64,000 nucleotides of DNA from Mobula hypostoma (Eukaryota): contig NC_086097.1 of the NCBI RefSeq assembly GCF_963921235.1, positions 52,020,001 through 52,084,000 of the forward strand. Direction: 5' to 3'. Below the pieces are notes generated by a model. That model did not search any database, was not told the DNA's origin, and saw nothing but the letters and a program-made list of their open reading frames with translations. Each line of letters opens with the position of its first letter. The stretch's first letter is position 1. Shown piece after piece: positions 52,111 to 64,000 of the stretch. The translations under genes were made by a program, and so were the position numbers.

Positions 52111-53313
52111 CAAAGATCTGCGCTACCCAGACTGTGCTCTTTTCTCACTGCTGCCATCAGGGAGAAGGTACAAGAGCCTCAGGACTCACACCACCAGATT
52201 CAAGAACAGTTACTACCCCTCAACCGTCAGGCTCTTGAATAAAATGGGATAACTACACTCATTCTATTTGTGGTGTTCCCATAACCAATGGTCTCACTTC
52301 AAGGACTCTATCTTGTTATTCCATGTTCTCATTATTTATTGTTATTTATTTATATTTGCAGAATTTGTTGTTCATTGACCCTGTTTACAGTTACCGTTCT
52401 ATAGATTTTATTAAGTATACCCGCAAGAAAAAGAATCTTAGAGTTGTATGTGGTGAAAATAAGTTTTACTTTGAACTTTGAACTTTTGAACTTAGAAGCA
52501 CCAAACCAATGTTATACCTAAATGGCTAGCTCATGTTGAAACCCATGTGATCTAACCTTCCAAACCAGCCTATCATGCAGGGCCCTGTCAAAGGTCTTGC
52601 TAAAGTTCACGTGGATAATGGATACTGCCTCTCCCTCAACAATCCTCTCAGCCACATTTTCATAAATCTCAGTCAAATTTATGAGACATGATTTCCCATG
52701 TACATAGCCTTGCTACCTGTCCTTGCCTTTCCAAATGCAAGTAGATCCCCTCTCTCAGAATCTCCTCCTATAACTTTCCCATCACTGATGTTAGGTTCTC
52801 TGGCCTGTAGTTCCATGACTTGTTCTGGCAGCTCTTCTTAAAGACACAACATTAACACTCCCTAGATTTTCCATACCTCACCCACAGCTAATGATAATAT
52901 AAATAACTCCATCAGGACCTCAGCATTTTCTTCCCTACCTTCCCACAATGTCCTAGGATATACTTGGTCAAGCTCTGGGGACTTACCAACGTTGATGTGC
53001 TTTAAGTTCACCATCACCTTCTCTGTAATATTGTGGATATGTTTCAGGATATCACTAATCTCTTCTCTGAGTTATCTAGCTTCCATGATTTGCTCCATGG
53101 TAAATATTGACGAGAAACATTTATTGGAAACCTCATCCCTCTTTATGCCTTCAAACATGGATGAACACAATTATCCATAAGGAGCCCCATTCTGTCCCTA
53201 TTTACCCTTTTGCTTTTATAACTGTTCATATTTGCTGCAGTGCTATACTGAGTTCTTCTCCAGGGATTCACATGCACAATGTATTTAATAAGAAAGCTCA
53301 TCCTAATCTAACA

Positions 53314-53484
53314 ACCAAAAAAGTGCTGGAAGAACTTAGCAGGTCAGGCAGCATCTGTAGAAAGGAGTAACGAGTCAATGTTGACTCATTATTCCTTTTC
53401 ATAGATGCTGCCTGATCTGCTGAGCTCCCCCAGTATTTTGTGTGAGTTACTCTGGATTTGCAGCATCTGTTGAATCTCTTGTGT
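53314..53484. mobile_element. Older fold-back PLE mini-element
   Basis: Inverted arms (GCAGGTCAGGCAGCATCT / AGATGCTGCCTGATCTGC) plus tail. TSD TCCTA(A/T)TCTAACA at 53301-53313 and 53485-53497. Confidence 0.75.
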
Positions 53485-55211
53485 TCCTATTCTAACATCT
53501 CATATTGGTCTCTAACACTATCCATTGAAATCATGATGGTGTAGCCAAAGGATGCTTATTCCAAGGGCCAGAGCTGCTCTGCAACCAGGCTCAGGGCTCA
53601 ATTTATTTTACAAATCCAGGAGAGTACTGAATGCTGGAAGCTGCAAGGAAGCTCTTCTATTGACCTTATGAAATTGTTATGCTCCTTCCCTAAAAGAAGA
53701 AACAGGGCTACAGGGATCTTGTTCCTGAATTCAAAACCTGGGTAAGGATGTGACCACATCCATCTACTAGGGATACCTTTTTCCCTTCCTTGTAATCTTA
53801 CTGCTCCTGTACACTGCTCTATAACTTCCAGTTTGTGCTCCCTCCTTGTCCAGGTCATTTTCTGCTATGGATGTCTTTGAGCAGGTGTGTGGTTAAGCAG
53901 CACTCAGTGAAGGCAGCCCCCTCTGCTTCTTCTCAAAGAGAATCACATGAGTCCCAGAAGTCTGAGAGTATCCTGGGACAACAGGATTAACTTTCTTGCA
54001 ACCAATGCAATACAAAGGAGGTGCTAAAAGCAGTTATTGCACTGACCCAAGTCTCCTTCTTAATAGGCCAAAGCTTCATTATTTGTGGTCAACATGATGT
54101 GGGATATAAACGCTTGGATAGAACATAATTTACTATAGGAGAAAATAATGCACTAGGTGCCCTGTTTCCAGAACATAATCCACTGTGATATGTGACTTCC
54201 ACATTTTTATCACAATCAATCAGAAACAGATTACCCCATAATTACAGATGTGACAATTGGTCAAACTGTGGGTGTGCAGAGAACTCAGGTTGTTTTTTTT
54301 TAATTCAAATGACACAATCCCCTAAATATAGGACAAAAATAATAACTTGATAGAATGAAAGGTGTAGTCTAGCAAAGTTTAGCAAAGCCACTTAATACAT
54401 GTTAATAAAGAAACATATCTGTAGAATCAAATGAGGTATTTTGAATTGTGCTCCTTGTTGCTTGCCAAAAGGTTAGTCACCTCAATAAAAGCTGCAAATA
54501 CTTGCACATCCACACAAATTAACATGGGAAGGCATCTTTACCACTAATTGGCAATAGAACTCATTAAATTGTTACTTACTCATTCTATTCAAACATACTT
54601 TTCCTTTTGTCAGTTTAAGAATGCATAAACCTTTCTTTTAATCAATGTTTCTCAGGTGAAGTTGTTTAAATCTTATATATATTGAAATAAATTTTTGAAA
54701 GGTGCACTGTAGGTATCTCATAAGCTGTAAAAAGCTAGAATGCTCTTAACATTTTGAATCAGAAGTTTATAAAATCTTGATTCCACTTCCTGCACTAACT
54801 GCATATTTAAAGCTAAAAATACCTTTCAGTGAAAGAAAACTAACTGCCAAGTGAGCTTTTTATAAAACAGTTATGTCCAAAGCAAATGTTATTCACTTAG
54901 ATTAACAAGTAATTCTCCCTATTGTGGAGCAGAATATCCACTCTTTTTCAGACTCAATATTTCCAATGTTTATGTTCATTACTTCTTGTCAGGAACTTCT
55001 TGGTGTTCATTTTGTGCACCGTTCTTGTACAATAGCATCACGCATAACACAGGAATTGCAGCAGAACTCCCAACAATATTAAAGCTTTTTAATTTCCTAC
55101 TAAATTGACATTCCTTCAGTCTTTTTAATTGAACAAATTATGATTTAAAGTAACACACATCAAAGTTGCTGGTGAACGCAGCGGGCCAGGCAGCATCTCT
55201 AGGAAGAGGTA

Positions 55212-55249
55212 CTGTCGACGTTTCGGGCCGAGACCGTTCGTCAGGACTA
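55212..55249 (-). ncRNA. Minimal hammerhead ribozyme motif (PLE)
   Basis: Reverse complement TAGTC-CTGACGA-ACGGTCTCGGCCC-GAAAC-GTC-GACAG. Core and GUC triplet intact. Confidence 0.65.
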
Positions 55250-56113
55250 ACTGAAGAAAGAGCTAGTAAGAGATTTGAAAGTGGGAGGGGGAGGGGGAGA
55301 TCCAAAATGATAGGAGAAGACAGGAGGAGGAGGGATGGAGCCAAGAGCTGGACAGGTGATTGGCAAAAGGGATATGAGAGGATCATGGGACAGGAGGCCC
55401 AGGGAGAAAGAAAAGGGGGGAGGGGGAAAAAAGCCCAGAGGATGGGCAAGGGGTATAGTGACAGGGACAAAAAGGAGAGAGAGAGAAAGAATGTGTGTAT
55501 ATAAATAAATAACAGATGGGGTACAAGGGGGAGGTGGGGCATTAGCGGAAGTTTGAGAAGTCAATGTTCATGCCATCAGGTTGGAGGCTACCCAGACGGA
55601 ATATAGGGTGTTGTTCCTCCAACCTGAGTGTGGCTTCATCTTTACAGTAGAGGAGGCCGTGGATAGCCATATCAGAATGGGAATGGGACGTGGAATTAAA
55701 ATGTGTGGCCACTGGGAGATCCTGCTTTCTCTGGCAGACAGAGCGTAGGTGTTCAGCGAAACGATCTCCCGGTCTGTGTCGGGTCTCGCCAATATATAGA
55801 AGGCCACATGGGGAGCACTGGAGGCAGTATATCACCCCAACCGACTCACAGGTGAAGTGTCGCCTCACCTGGAAGGACTGTCTGGGGCCCTGAATGGTGG
55901 TAAGGGAGGAAGTGTAAGGGCAAGTTTCAGCGAAACGATCTCCCAGTCTGCGTCGGGTTAACCTACTGTCCAGCCCATGATCCTCTCATATCCCTTTTGC
56001 CAATCATCTGTCCAGTTCTTGGCTCCATCCCTCCCCCTCCTGTCTTCTCCTATCATTTCAGATCTACCCTTCCCCCTCCCACTTTCAAATCTCTTACTAG
56101 CTCTTCTTTCAGT

Positions 56114-56151
56114 TAGTCCTGACGAAAGGTCTCGGCCCGAAACATCGACTG
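56114..56151 (+). ncRNA. Minimal hammerhead ribozyme motif (PLE)
   Basis: TAGTC-CTGACGA-AAGGTCTCGGCCC-GAAAC-ATC-GACTG. Confidence 0.6.
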
Positions 56152-56821
56152 TACCTCTTCCTAGAGATGCTACCTGGCCTGCTGCGTTCACCAGCAACTT
56201 TGATGTGTGATGCTTGAATTTCCAGCATCTGCAGAATTCCTCGTGTTATGATTTAAAGTAAGAAGGTTTAATGTGAAGTTTCTATTAAGATCAATGTTTT
56301 TCTCCAACATTACTGTTATAGATTTGTTGAATTAAAATGCATGATTTGTTGTCATTAGGGTGCTGTTGACACCTGAAACTGCCAATATTGTCTGTATGCT
56401 GTAAATTAAAAGCAGAGCTAATGCTCGAGCATATACCTGACTGCTATTTCTGATCCTTGGGGATAGGATCAGACTGTGTATACTGAACTTCATGGGATCT
56501 AACCTTAGAATAAAGTAAATCCTGTTATTCTGAATCTTTGGTTAGTTCTCAGCTGCTTTTAGAACATTGAGCTGCCAAATCTACTTAATGGTAGCTTATT
56601 TCAATATTTGTAAAACCGTCACCGTAAACAGGTTAATGGAGTAGGTTGGAAAGTTAAAATATGACTGTTTCCTCTGTAGCTTCTTTCCCATTTTTGTCTA
56701 TTTTACGTTTATAACAGACCAAAGCACAAATATCTTTTTTCTACAATTGCTTGATTCTACACTCTGCGGCCACTTTGCTCTGTAGCTCCTGTACCTAATA
56801 AAGTGTCTACTGAGTGCACAC

Positions 56822-57603
56822 CTATGTCCATTTAGGAATCGGATGGCAGAGGGGAAGAAGCTGTTCCTGAATCGCTGAGTGTGTGCCGATGGTAACAGTG
56901 AGAAAAGGGCATGCTCTATGTGCTGGAGGTCCTTAATAATGGACACTGCCTTTCTGAGTCATCGCTCCTTGAAGATGTCCTGGGTGCTTTGTAGGCTAGT
57001 ACCCAAGATGGAGCTGACTAGATTTACAATCCTCTGCAGCTTCTTTCAGTCTCATGCAGTAGCCCTCCCATATGAGACAGTGATGCAGCCTGTCAGAATG
57101 CTCTCCATGGTACTTCTATAGAAGTTCTTGAGCACATTTGTTGACATACCAAATCTTCTCAAACTCCTAATGAAGTATAGTCACTGTCTTGCCTTCTTTA
57201 TAACTGTATAGATATGTTGGGACCAGGTTAGATTCTCAGAGATCTAGACACCCAGGAACTTGAAACTGCTCACTCTCTGAACTTCTGATCCCTCTATGAG
57301 GATTTTGTATGTGTTCCTTCACCTTACCCTTCCTGAAGTCCACAATCAACTCTTTCGTCTTACTGATGTTGAGTGCCAGGTTGTTGCTGCGACACTGCTC
57401 CACTAGTTGACATATCTCACTCCTGTACGTCCTGTTGTCTCCCTCTGAGATTCTACCAACAGTGGTTGTATCATCAGCAAATTTATAGATGGTATTTGAG
57501 CTATGCCAAGTTACACAGTCACGGGTATAGTAAGAGCAGAGCAGTGGGCTAAGCTCACACCCTTGAGGTGCACCAGTGTTGATCATCAGCGAGGAGGAGA
57601 TAT
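56822..57603 (-). mobile_element. Rex1/Babar LINE RT fragment
   Basis: NTGAPQGCELSPLL..YKFADDTTTVG..LNISKTKELIVDFRK and RFRNSFFPSAIRFLN. Confidence 0.88.
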
Positions 57604-57605
57604 TA

Positions 57606-58585
57606 GACCATAAGACCATACAATATAGGAGCAGAAGTAGGCCATTCGGCCCATTGAGTCTGCTCCGCCATTCAATCGTGGGCTGATCCAATTCTTCCAG
57701 TCATGCCCACTCCCCTGCTTTCACCCCATACCCTTTGATGCCCTGGCTAATCAAGAAACTATCTATCTCTGCCTTAAATACACCCAATGATGGCCTTCAC
57801 AGCTGCTCATGGCAACAAATTCCACAGATTTACCACCCTCTGACTAAAGTAATTTCTCCGCATCTCAGTTCTAAAAGGACGTCCTTCAATCCTGAAGTCG
57901 TGCCCTCTTGTCCTAGAATCCCCTACCATGGGAAATAACGTTGCCATATCTAATCTGTTCAGGCCTTTTAACATTCAGAATGTTTCTATGAGATCCACCC
58001 TCATTCTCCTGAACTCCAGGGAATACAGCCAGATGTTCCTCATACGGTAACCTTTTAATTCCTGGAATCATTCTTGTGAATCTTCTCTGAACCCTCTCCA
58101 ATGTCAGTATACCTGTTTTAAAATAAGGAGCCCAAAACAGCACACAATACTCCAAGTGTGGTCTCATATGTGCCTTATAGAGCCTCAACATCACATCCCT
58201 GCTCTTATATTCTACACCTCTAAAAATGAATGCCAACATTGCATTCACCTTCTTTACAACCGACTCAACCTGGAGGTTAACCTTTAGGGTATCTTGCACA
58301 AGGACTCCCAAGTCCCTTTGCATCTCTGCATTTTGAATTCTCTCCCCATCTAAATAATAGTCTGCCCATTTATTTCTTCCACCAAAGTGCATGACCATAC
58401 ACTTTCCAACACTGTATTTCATTTGCCACTTCTTTGCCCATTCCCCTCCCTCTGCAGGCTCTCTGTTTCCTCAGCACTACCCGCTCCTCCAGCTATCTTT
58501 GTATCATCGGCAAATTTTGCCACAAATCCATTAATACCATAGTCCAAATCATTGACGTACATCGTAAAAAGCAGCGGTCCCAACA
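57606..58585 (-). mobile_element. CR1 LINE 3' end
   Basis: ORF 57913-58422 (KCMVMHFG..QRDLGVLV..LYKAHMRPHLEYCVLFWAP..LERVQRRFTRMIPG) and ACCATAAG tail. Confidence 0.9.
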
Positions 58586-59194
58586 CAGAGGAGAAATTTC
58601 TTTACCGAGAGAGAGATGAATCTGTGGAATTGGTTGCCACAGGTGGCTGTGGAGGCCAAGTCTTTATGTAGAACAACCAGAGGAAAACCATGCAGTAACA
58701 GGAAGAAGATGGAAACCGCACTTGTCAGGATTGCACACTTTTTCAAGGGCTGTGCTGCACTTTGCCACTCTGCCTATGCTGAGAGATAATAATATATGAG
58801 CTTTGCACCAAATTCCTCAGGTAATATTACAGGATGTTAGAATAGTAGTCAAATACGCTTATTGCAACCAGTTGCAGAACTACTATGAAAATGTAAGAGA
58901 TAATATCTTTCTTTGACTTTGTCTCTGCTTGTCGTTACTGAATGCTCTATAATCAATTTACTAATCTGACATTGATGTCAGATAAATCAAAGTTCGAAAA
59001 GTTCAAAGTAAATTCATTATCAAAGTAGATATATGTCACCATACAGAATCTTGAGATTCATTTTCTTGTGGGCATACACAATAACCATAATAGAATCAGT
59101 GAAAGACCACACCAACAGGGCTGACAGCCAGTGTGCAGAAGACAACAAACTGTGCAGATACAAAAGGAAAGAAAGAAAAAAGAAATAATAATAA

Positions 59195-60862
59195 TTTTCC
59201 AGGGCGACTCTCTAAGCCCACTATAGTTTTGTCTAGCTTTAAATCCACTCTCTAATTTACTGAATCAGACAGAATAGGGTATCTAATCAGAAAATAACCA
59301 AACAAATTATACCTTGACACACCTTGTATACATGGACAATTTGAAATTATATGCTCCCCAATCGGTAAAGCTAAACCAATTAATTCAAATAGTCGATCTA
59401 TTTTTGAAAGATATAAACATGAACTGTGGACTCGGTAAGTGCAGAACATTAAACATGAAGAAAGATGCAATAGAGCCTATAGAATACAAACCTGAGCTGC
59501 AGGATACAATACAACTGAAGGATGAATATGAAACATAAAGGTATCTGGGATATCATCAAGCAAAGAAAATAGATGATAGCGCAATGGAGCGAAAACTTCC
59601 AACAAAATTTACTTCAAGTTTTAAGGAAATCTGCCAAACAGAGCTCAATAGTAAAATAATAATAAGCACGTTCAATATACCCATATTAACATATTCTTTT
59701 GGCATAATATCTTGTTCTGAAACCGATCTGGAAGATTTACAAAGAAAAATAAGAACTGAAATCATACGTACACTTGAACACAGTTAGATTAGCACTACCC
59801 AGGACAGGAGGAGGAAGAGGAATAACTGACATAATCAATTTATTATAGATTGGCCCACAAATCGTATTATGACTGATCCATTATTACAGACAGGACAATA
59901 CTAATAACTGTCCAGATATAACATTACAGCATAAACAAGTAAAAACAACTTTCTTCATAGATAATAGCCATACTAAATACACATAACAAACAGAAATCAG
60001 TAAGTGAAAAACATCAGAAGGATTTTGAATTTAAAGGAGAAATTGAAAGGCCACGGAACATGAACAAGGTATACATGGTCCCAATAGTAGTATCTACAAT
60101 TGGTATCATCTCAAGTCACTACACAATAATATTAAATAATTAGGCCTATACAGCAGTATTTATGTAAATCTTCAGAAGGCCAGCTGTGTACATACATCTA
60201 CTGATGCTTCTGGACACATCTTCAGTGATGATCCTAGAATCATCGGGTGTTTCGGGTCTTTCAACATCATACAACCTCCTCCAGGTGACCCAGCCGGGGC
60301 TGATCAGACCCCAGCTTGTGTCCAGATGGCTAGCTACTTATGACTCCATGGCTCCCCTCTTTTGAGCCGCAGCCATCTTGAGGCCCTCTCTGCCACATCG
60401 GTGGTACTGTGGATGGCTCTCCTCTTCCTCTCTCCCTCGATGCCCAAAATGCTGAATGCTCTAACTAAGAAATGGGCTGTGAATCCCCTACAGCCAACCT
60501 CCACTGGGAGACACCTCACTCTCCATCCAGCCTGCTGACAGTTGCTGGCCAGTCCTGCGTACTTGGAGAGCTTCCTTTCAAAGGCCTCTTCCAAGCTAAC
60601 TTCCTATGGGACTGTCAGCTCCAGCAGCACCACTTGCTTAGTACACTCAGACACTAGGACAATGTCTGGTGGCAGCAATATGGTTGGGGAACTTCAGCTG
60701 CCGTTCGAGGTCCACCAACAGCTGCCAGTCCCTTGCAGAGGTCAGGATGCCTGCAGAATTCTAAACACCACTGGAGTGGTCCAAAGGTTCCTCGCAATTG
60801 AGAAATGAATGTGCTTGGCTATACCTGTATCTCAGGTTTTTCCAGCTTGAGCTGAAAAAAAA
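59195..60862 (+). mobile_element. R4/Dong-clade non-LTR element, 5'-truncated and internally deleted
   Basis: IFQGDSLSPL.FCLALNPLS, THLVYMDNLKLY, GLGKC, YLGY, IPILTYSFG, NCPDI, VPIVVSTIGII. The C-terminus LQKA/ILNTTGVVQRFLAIEK* is split by the HERO insert. Confidence 0.8.
60184..60757 (-). mobile_element. HERO/NeSL-type RLE non-LTR element 3' end
   Basis: PDIVLVSECTKQVVLLELTVP..EEAFERKLSKY..GWRVRCLPVEVGCRGF..AERASRWLRLKR plus 3' UTR. Confidence 0.8.
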
Positions 60863-61187
60863 TAAACCAAATAATAACAAATGAATAAACAATAAATATT
60901 GAGAATATGAGGTGGAGAGTCCTTGAAAATGAATCCATAGATTATAGGAACAGTTCAGTGATGGAACAGTGAAGTTGAGTGAAGTTATCTCCTCTGGTTT
61001 AAGAGCCTGACTGTTGAGGGATAATAACTGTTCCTGAACCTGGTGGTGTGAATCCTGAGGCTCCTGTCCCTTCTTCTTGATGACAGCAACGAGAAGAGAG
61101 CGTGACCTGGATCCTGGGGGTCCCTGGTAATGGATGCTGCTTTTCAGTGCCATGGTGGGGAGGGCTTTACCCGTGATGGACTGGGCC

Positions 61188-61950
61188 AGAATCAAAATCA
61201 GGATCAGGTTTAATATCATCGGCATATGTTGTGAAATTTGCTAACTTAGTGGCAACAGTACAATGCAATACATGATAATATAGGGAAAAATAATAAGTAA
61301 ATCAATGACAGCAAATATATATATATATTCAATAGTTAAATTAAAAATAGTGCAAAGACAGGAATAATAAAAATGAGCTAGTGTTCATTGGTCCAATGTC
61401 CATTTGGAAATCGGATGGCAGAGAGAAAGAAGCTGTTTATGAATTGCTGAGTGTGTGCCCTCAGGCTCTGTACCTCCTACCTAATGGTAACAATGAGAAG
61501 AGGGCATGTCCTGGTTGATGGGGGTCTTTAATGATGGACGTCACCTTTCTGAGACATCACTTCTCGAAGATGTCTTGGATACCGCGGAGGCTAGTACCTA
61601 TGATAGAGCTGACTAATTTTACAAATTTCTGCAACTTATTTCAATCTTGTGCAGTAACACCCCCCCCCCCCCATTAGCAGTGATGCAGACGGTCAGAATG
61701 CTCTACACGGTACATCTGTAAAAGTTTTCGACAGTTTAGGTGACAAATCAAATCTCCTCAAACTCCCAATGAAATACAGTATAGCCAGTCTTGCCTTCTT
61801 TATAGCTGCATCCATATGCTGGGATCAGGTTAGATCCTCAGAGATCTTGACACACAGGAACTTGAATTGCTCACTCACTCCACTTCTGATCCCTCTCTGA
61901 GGATTGTTTTGTGATCACTTGTCCTGCCCTTTCTGAAGTCCATATTATTT
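61188..61950 (-). mobile_element. Second Rex1/Babar 3' fragment
   Basis: AGAATCAAAATCAGGATCAGG tail and reverse NFYRCTV.SILTVCIT and KDPHQPGHALFSLLP motifs. Confidence 0.8.
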
Positions 61951-62571
61951 CTTTTTGTAGGATTTTCCATTCAAGGGCATTTGAGTTTCCATACCAGGCT
62001 GTGATGCAGCCAGTTAACATACTCTCCAGTACACATCTGTCGAAGTTTGTCAAAGTTTTAAGATGTCATATCGAGTCTTTGCAAACTCCAAAGGAAGTAG
62101 AGGCGCTGCCACGCTTTCTGCATAATAGCACGTCAGTGCTGGGCCCAGGACAAATCCTCAGAAATGATAACACAAAGGGGTTTAAAGTTGCGGATCCTCT
62201 CCACCCCGATCCTCCACTGAGGACTGGCTCATGGACCTCCAGTTTCCTCCTGAACAATAATCAGCTCCTTGGCCTTGATGACATTGAGTAAGAGGTTGTG
62301 GTTCTGGCACCTCTCGGCCAGATTTTCAATCTCACTTCTATATGCTGCTTCATCACCACTTTTGGTTCAGCCAGCAACAGTGATGTCATCAGCATTGGTG
62401 CTGTGCTTAGCCACACAGTCATAATTGTAAAGTGAGTAGAGCAGGGGGCTGAGTAAGCAGTCTAAATTCATGTTGCTTTGCTCTTTGTTAATAATGAACT
62501 AATACTGCAGACTTTGAATGTTTGCAAGAACATTATGAATGACAGATCGATGTAATATAAGTGAAACTTAC

Positions 62572-63325
62572 GGTCAAGATGGTGCCTGCGTACAAAGTTC
62601 CTTTGGTCGACATCTTCTGGAGAGATCATGAAACCATATATTTCACTTCTTTTATGTCTTTTACATTTGTTTTTTCTGTCTTGAATGTGTTTCTGGAACT
62701 GTTGGAGCATGTGATTTGCAGATTGGAGATTGTTTGGGTGTTTCAGCACTCTACAGTCTCAAAGGGGATTCCAGGAGGCAGAGGCAGCGTGCGGGAAACT
62801 CGTGGCGAGAAGGCTGCAAACCGATGTTTGACTCCATTTCGCCAATTAAAGCTTCCGTTGTTCGCCAATTAAAGCGACGAGAGAGATTGAGACGTCAGTT
62901 GCCTGCCCTTCTATCGCTGGGGGATCACTCTGCTGTCGGAGAGGGTAAACTGCCTTTTTAACGCTGCTGAAATCTCTCTTCTACAGAGAGGGGAGATTGC
63001 CTTTTTATTGCTGGTGAGATCGTTCTATTATGGAGAGGGAGAATGTTACCCAGGTTTTCTGCATTTTGAATGTAGGCTTGGACTGTGGACTTTTTTTCAA
63101 TCTTAAGGTTTTGTTGTATTCTGTGTTTTTTGCCCAATATTTCAATTTTTATGTGTGGGGGAGGGGGATTTGGGGGTTGGTGTGCCTGTTCCATTTTTGT
63201 TCATTTTGGGTTTGATGATTGTGCTGCTATTCTTCTCTTTCTTGGTTTTGTGACTATCTGGAGAAGAAAAATTTCAGAGTTGTATTCTTTGATCATAACT
63301 GAACCTTTGAACCATTGAACCTTTC
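62572..63325 (+). mobile_element. Probable non-autonomous LINE derivative
   Basis: Starts GGTCAAGATGG, a CAAGATGGCG-type LINE 5' motif. CpG-rich body, ends in (TGAACCTT)-like tail repeats, no RT motifs. Confidence 0.5.
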
Positions 63326-64000
63326 AGTAAATCTTCCATTTTTCTATCATCAGTCATGGAACATATCATCTATGGAAATATCACCCATCTTTATTGAACC
63401 TGGAAGTCTCCTATATTTCTTTCATCCCCATATCCCTTTTCTGTCTGGTAGCAATGAACTGGCTCTTTAATTATGGTTCTTCAGTCTTTTGCATCTTATC
63501 CTAGGGTGTCATCCTGGTGCTCTGTGATTTTTATTTTTGGCTTTTAAACAAATTTATAAAGAATTCCCTTAAGTGCACAATCATTTCATATGAAGCAAAT
63601 TTATTGGTGCTTTTTAAAAATCCCATTCTATGCCTTTACAAACTGACCCAAGAAATTATTGATGAGTTTTAATGAGAAACTTGTAGTGAACCATCCTGTT
63701 AAGTATAAATGCAGAAGGGAAATGGTCTAAATGGGGTTGACTTCGAGCTGCAGTAGATCCCTTTGCTCCATGGCACTCTTGAGTCTCTTTAACATTGGGA
63801 GATGTGGTTAATTCCAGGCCATGTTCTCTGGGTTATGTGACCCTTACTAGTATGTGAGAATCTGTCCAGGGGGGAAATCTGAAGTCAAATGCTGTCTGCC
63901 TGAAAGGCTGTAAATGTACTTGGAGACTGTGCAGGGGAGACTAGAATTCAATAATGCTGTACTTTGAAAAACCAGAAAAGTAGGTTTTCCCACTTCAGTT

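Larger units (their letters stand above)
50872..52491 (+). mobile_element. Rex1/Babar 3' fragment interrupted by the solo LTR
   Basis: KVASTIK/DLRYPDCALFSLLPSGRRYKSLRTHTTRFKNSYYPSTVRLLN reads across the LTR. (TTTGAAC)n tail. Confidence 0.8.
50690..53220 (-). mobile_element. Old CR1 ORF2 remnant split by Rex1 and a solo LTR
   Basis: PLLFIISVNNLDE at ~50790-50840. Reverse NYRPENLTSVMGK and KSPELDQVYPRTLWE motifs at ~52780-52990. Confidence 0.65.
55154..56245. mobile_element. Penelope-like element with inverted arms
   Basis: GIY-YIG ORF 55542-55868 (FTCESVGVIYCLQCSPCGLLYIGET..EEQH..PDGMNIDF), inverted pLTR at ~55965-56245 and perfect 16-bp TSD TTATGATTTAAAGTAA (55138-55153, 56246-56261). Confidence 0.92.
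58990..62460 (-). mobile_element. Rex1/Babar LINE split by nested Dong, HERO and a second Rex1
   Basis: Tail at 58990, 3' UTR resuming at ~60865, C-terminus to ~61187, and RT resuming at ~61955 (NFDRCVLESMLTGCITAWYGN, ADD at ~62385). Confidence 0.7.

Noticed and set aside
8011..56197. Recurrent MLVNAAGQAASLGRG ORFs as a small-protein family
   Set aside because: They are antisense readings of the PLE pLTR, start at TTG and diverge in length and frame.

Overview
Eukaryotic, gene-poor DNA, most likely intergenic or deep intronic sequence from a cartilaginous fish. That assignment is inferred from an HE1-type SINE, a TRIM PRY-SPRY fragment of the shark/ray type and the repeat repertoire. Most of the window is decayed, nested transposable elements: many Rex1/Babar and CR1 LINE fragments, one full-length but disabled RTE LINE, R4/Dong and HERO-type LINEs, two Gypsy elements fused head to head, three solo LTRs, Tigger-type MITEs, SINEs, and Penelope-like elements (PLEs) that carry minimal hammerhead ribozyme motifs and often form fold-back insertions. 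No intact host gene, rRNA, tRNA or CRISPR array can be supported. The most unusual object is a 687-bp Tigger-like DNA transposon (1325-2011) with intact TIRs and a TA duplication. It carries an intron-exon fragment of a TRIM B30.2/PRY-SPRY gene, making it a Pack-type element. Family names come from motifs read by eye, not from database searches. Boundaries not fixed by a TSD or TIR are approximate.
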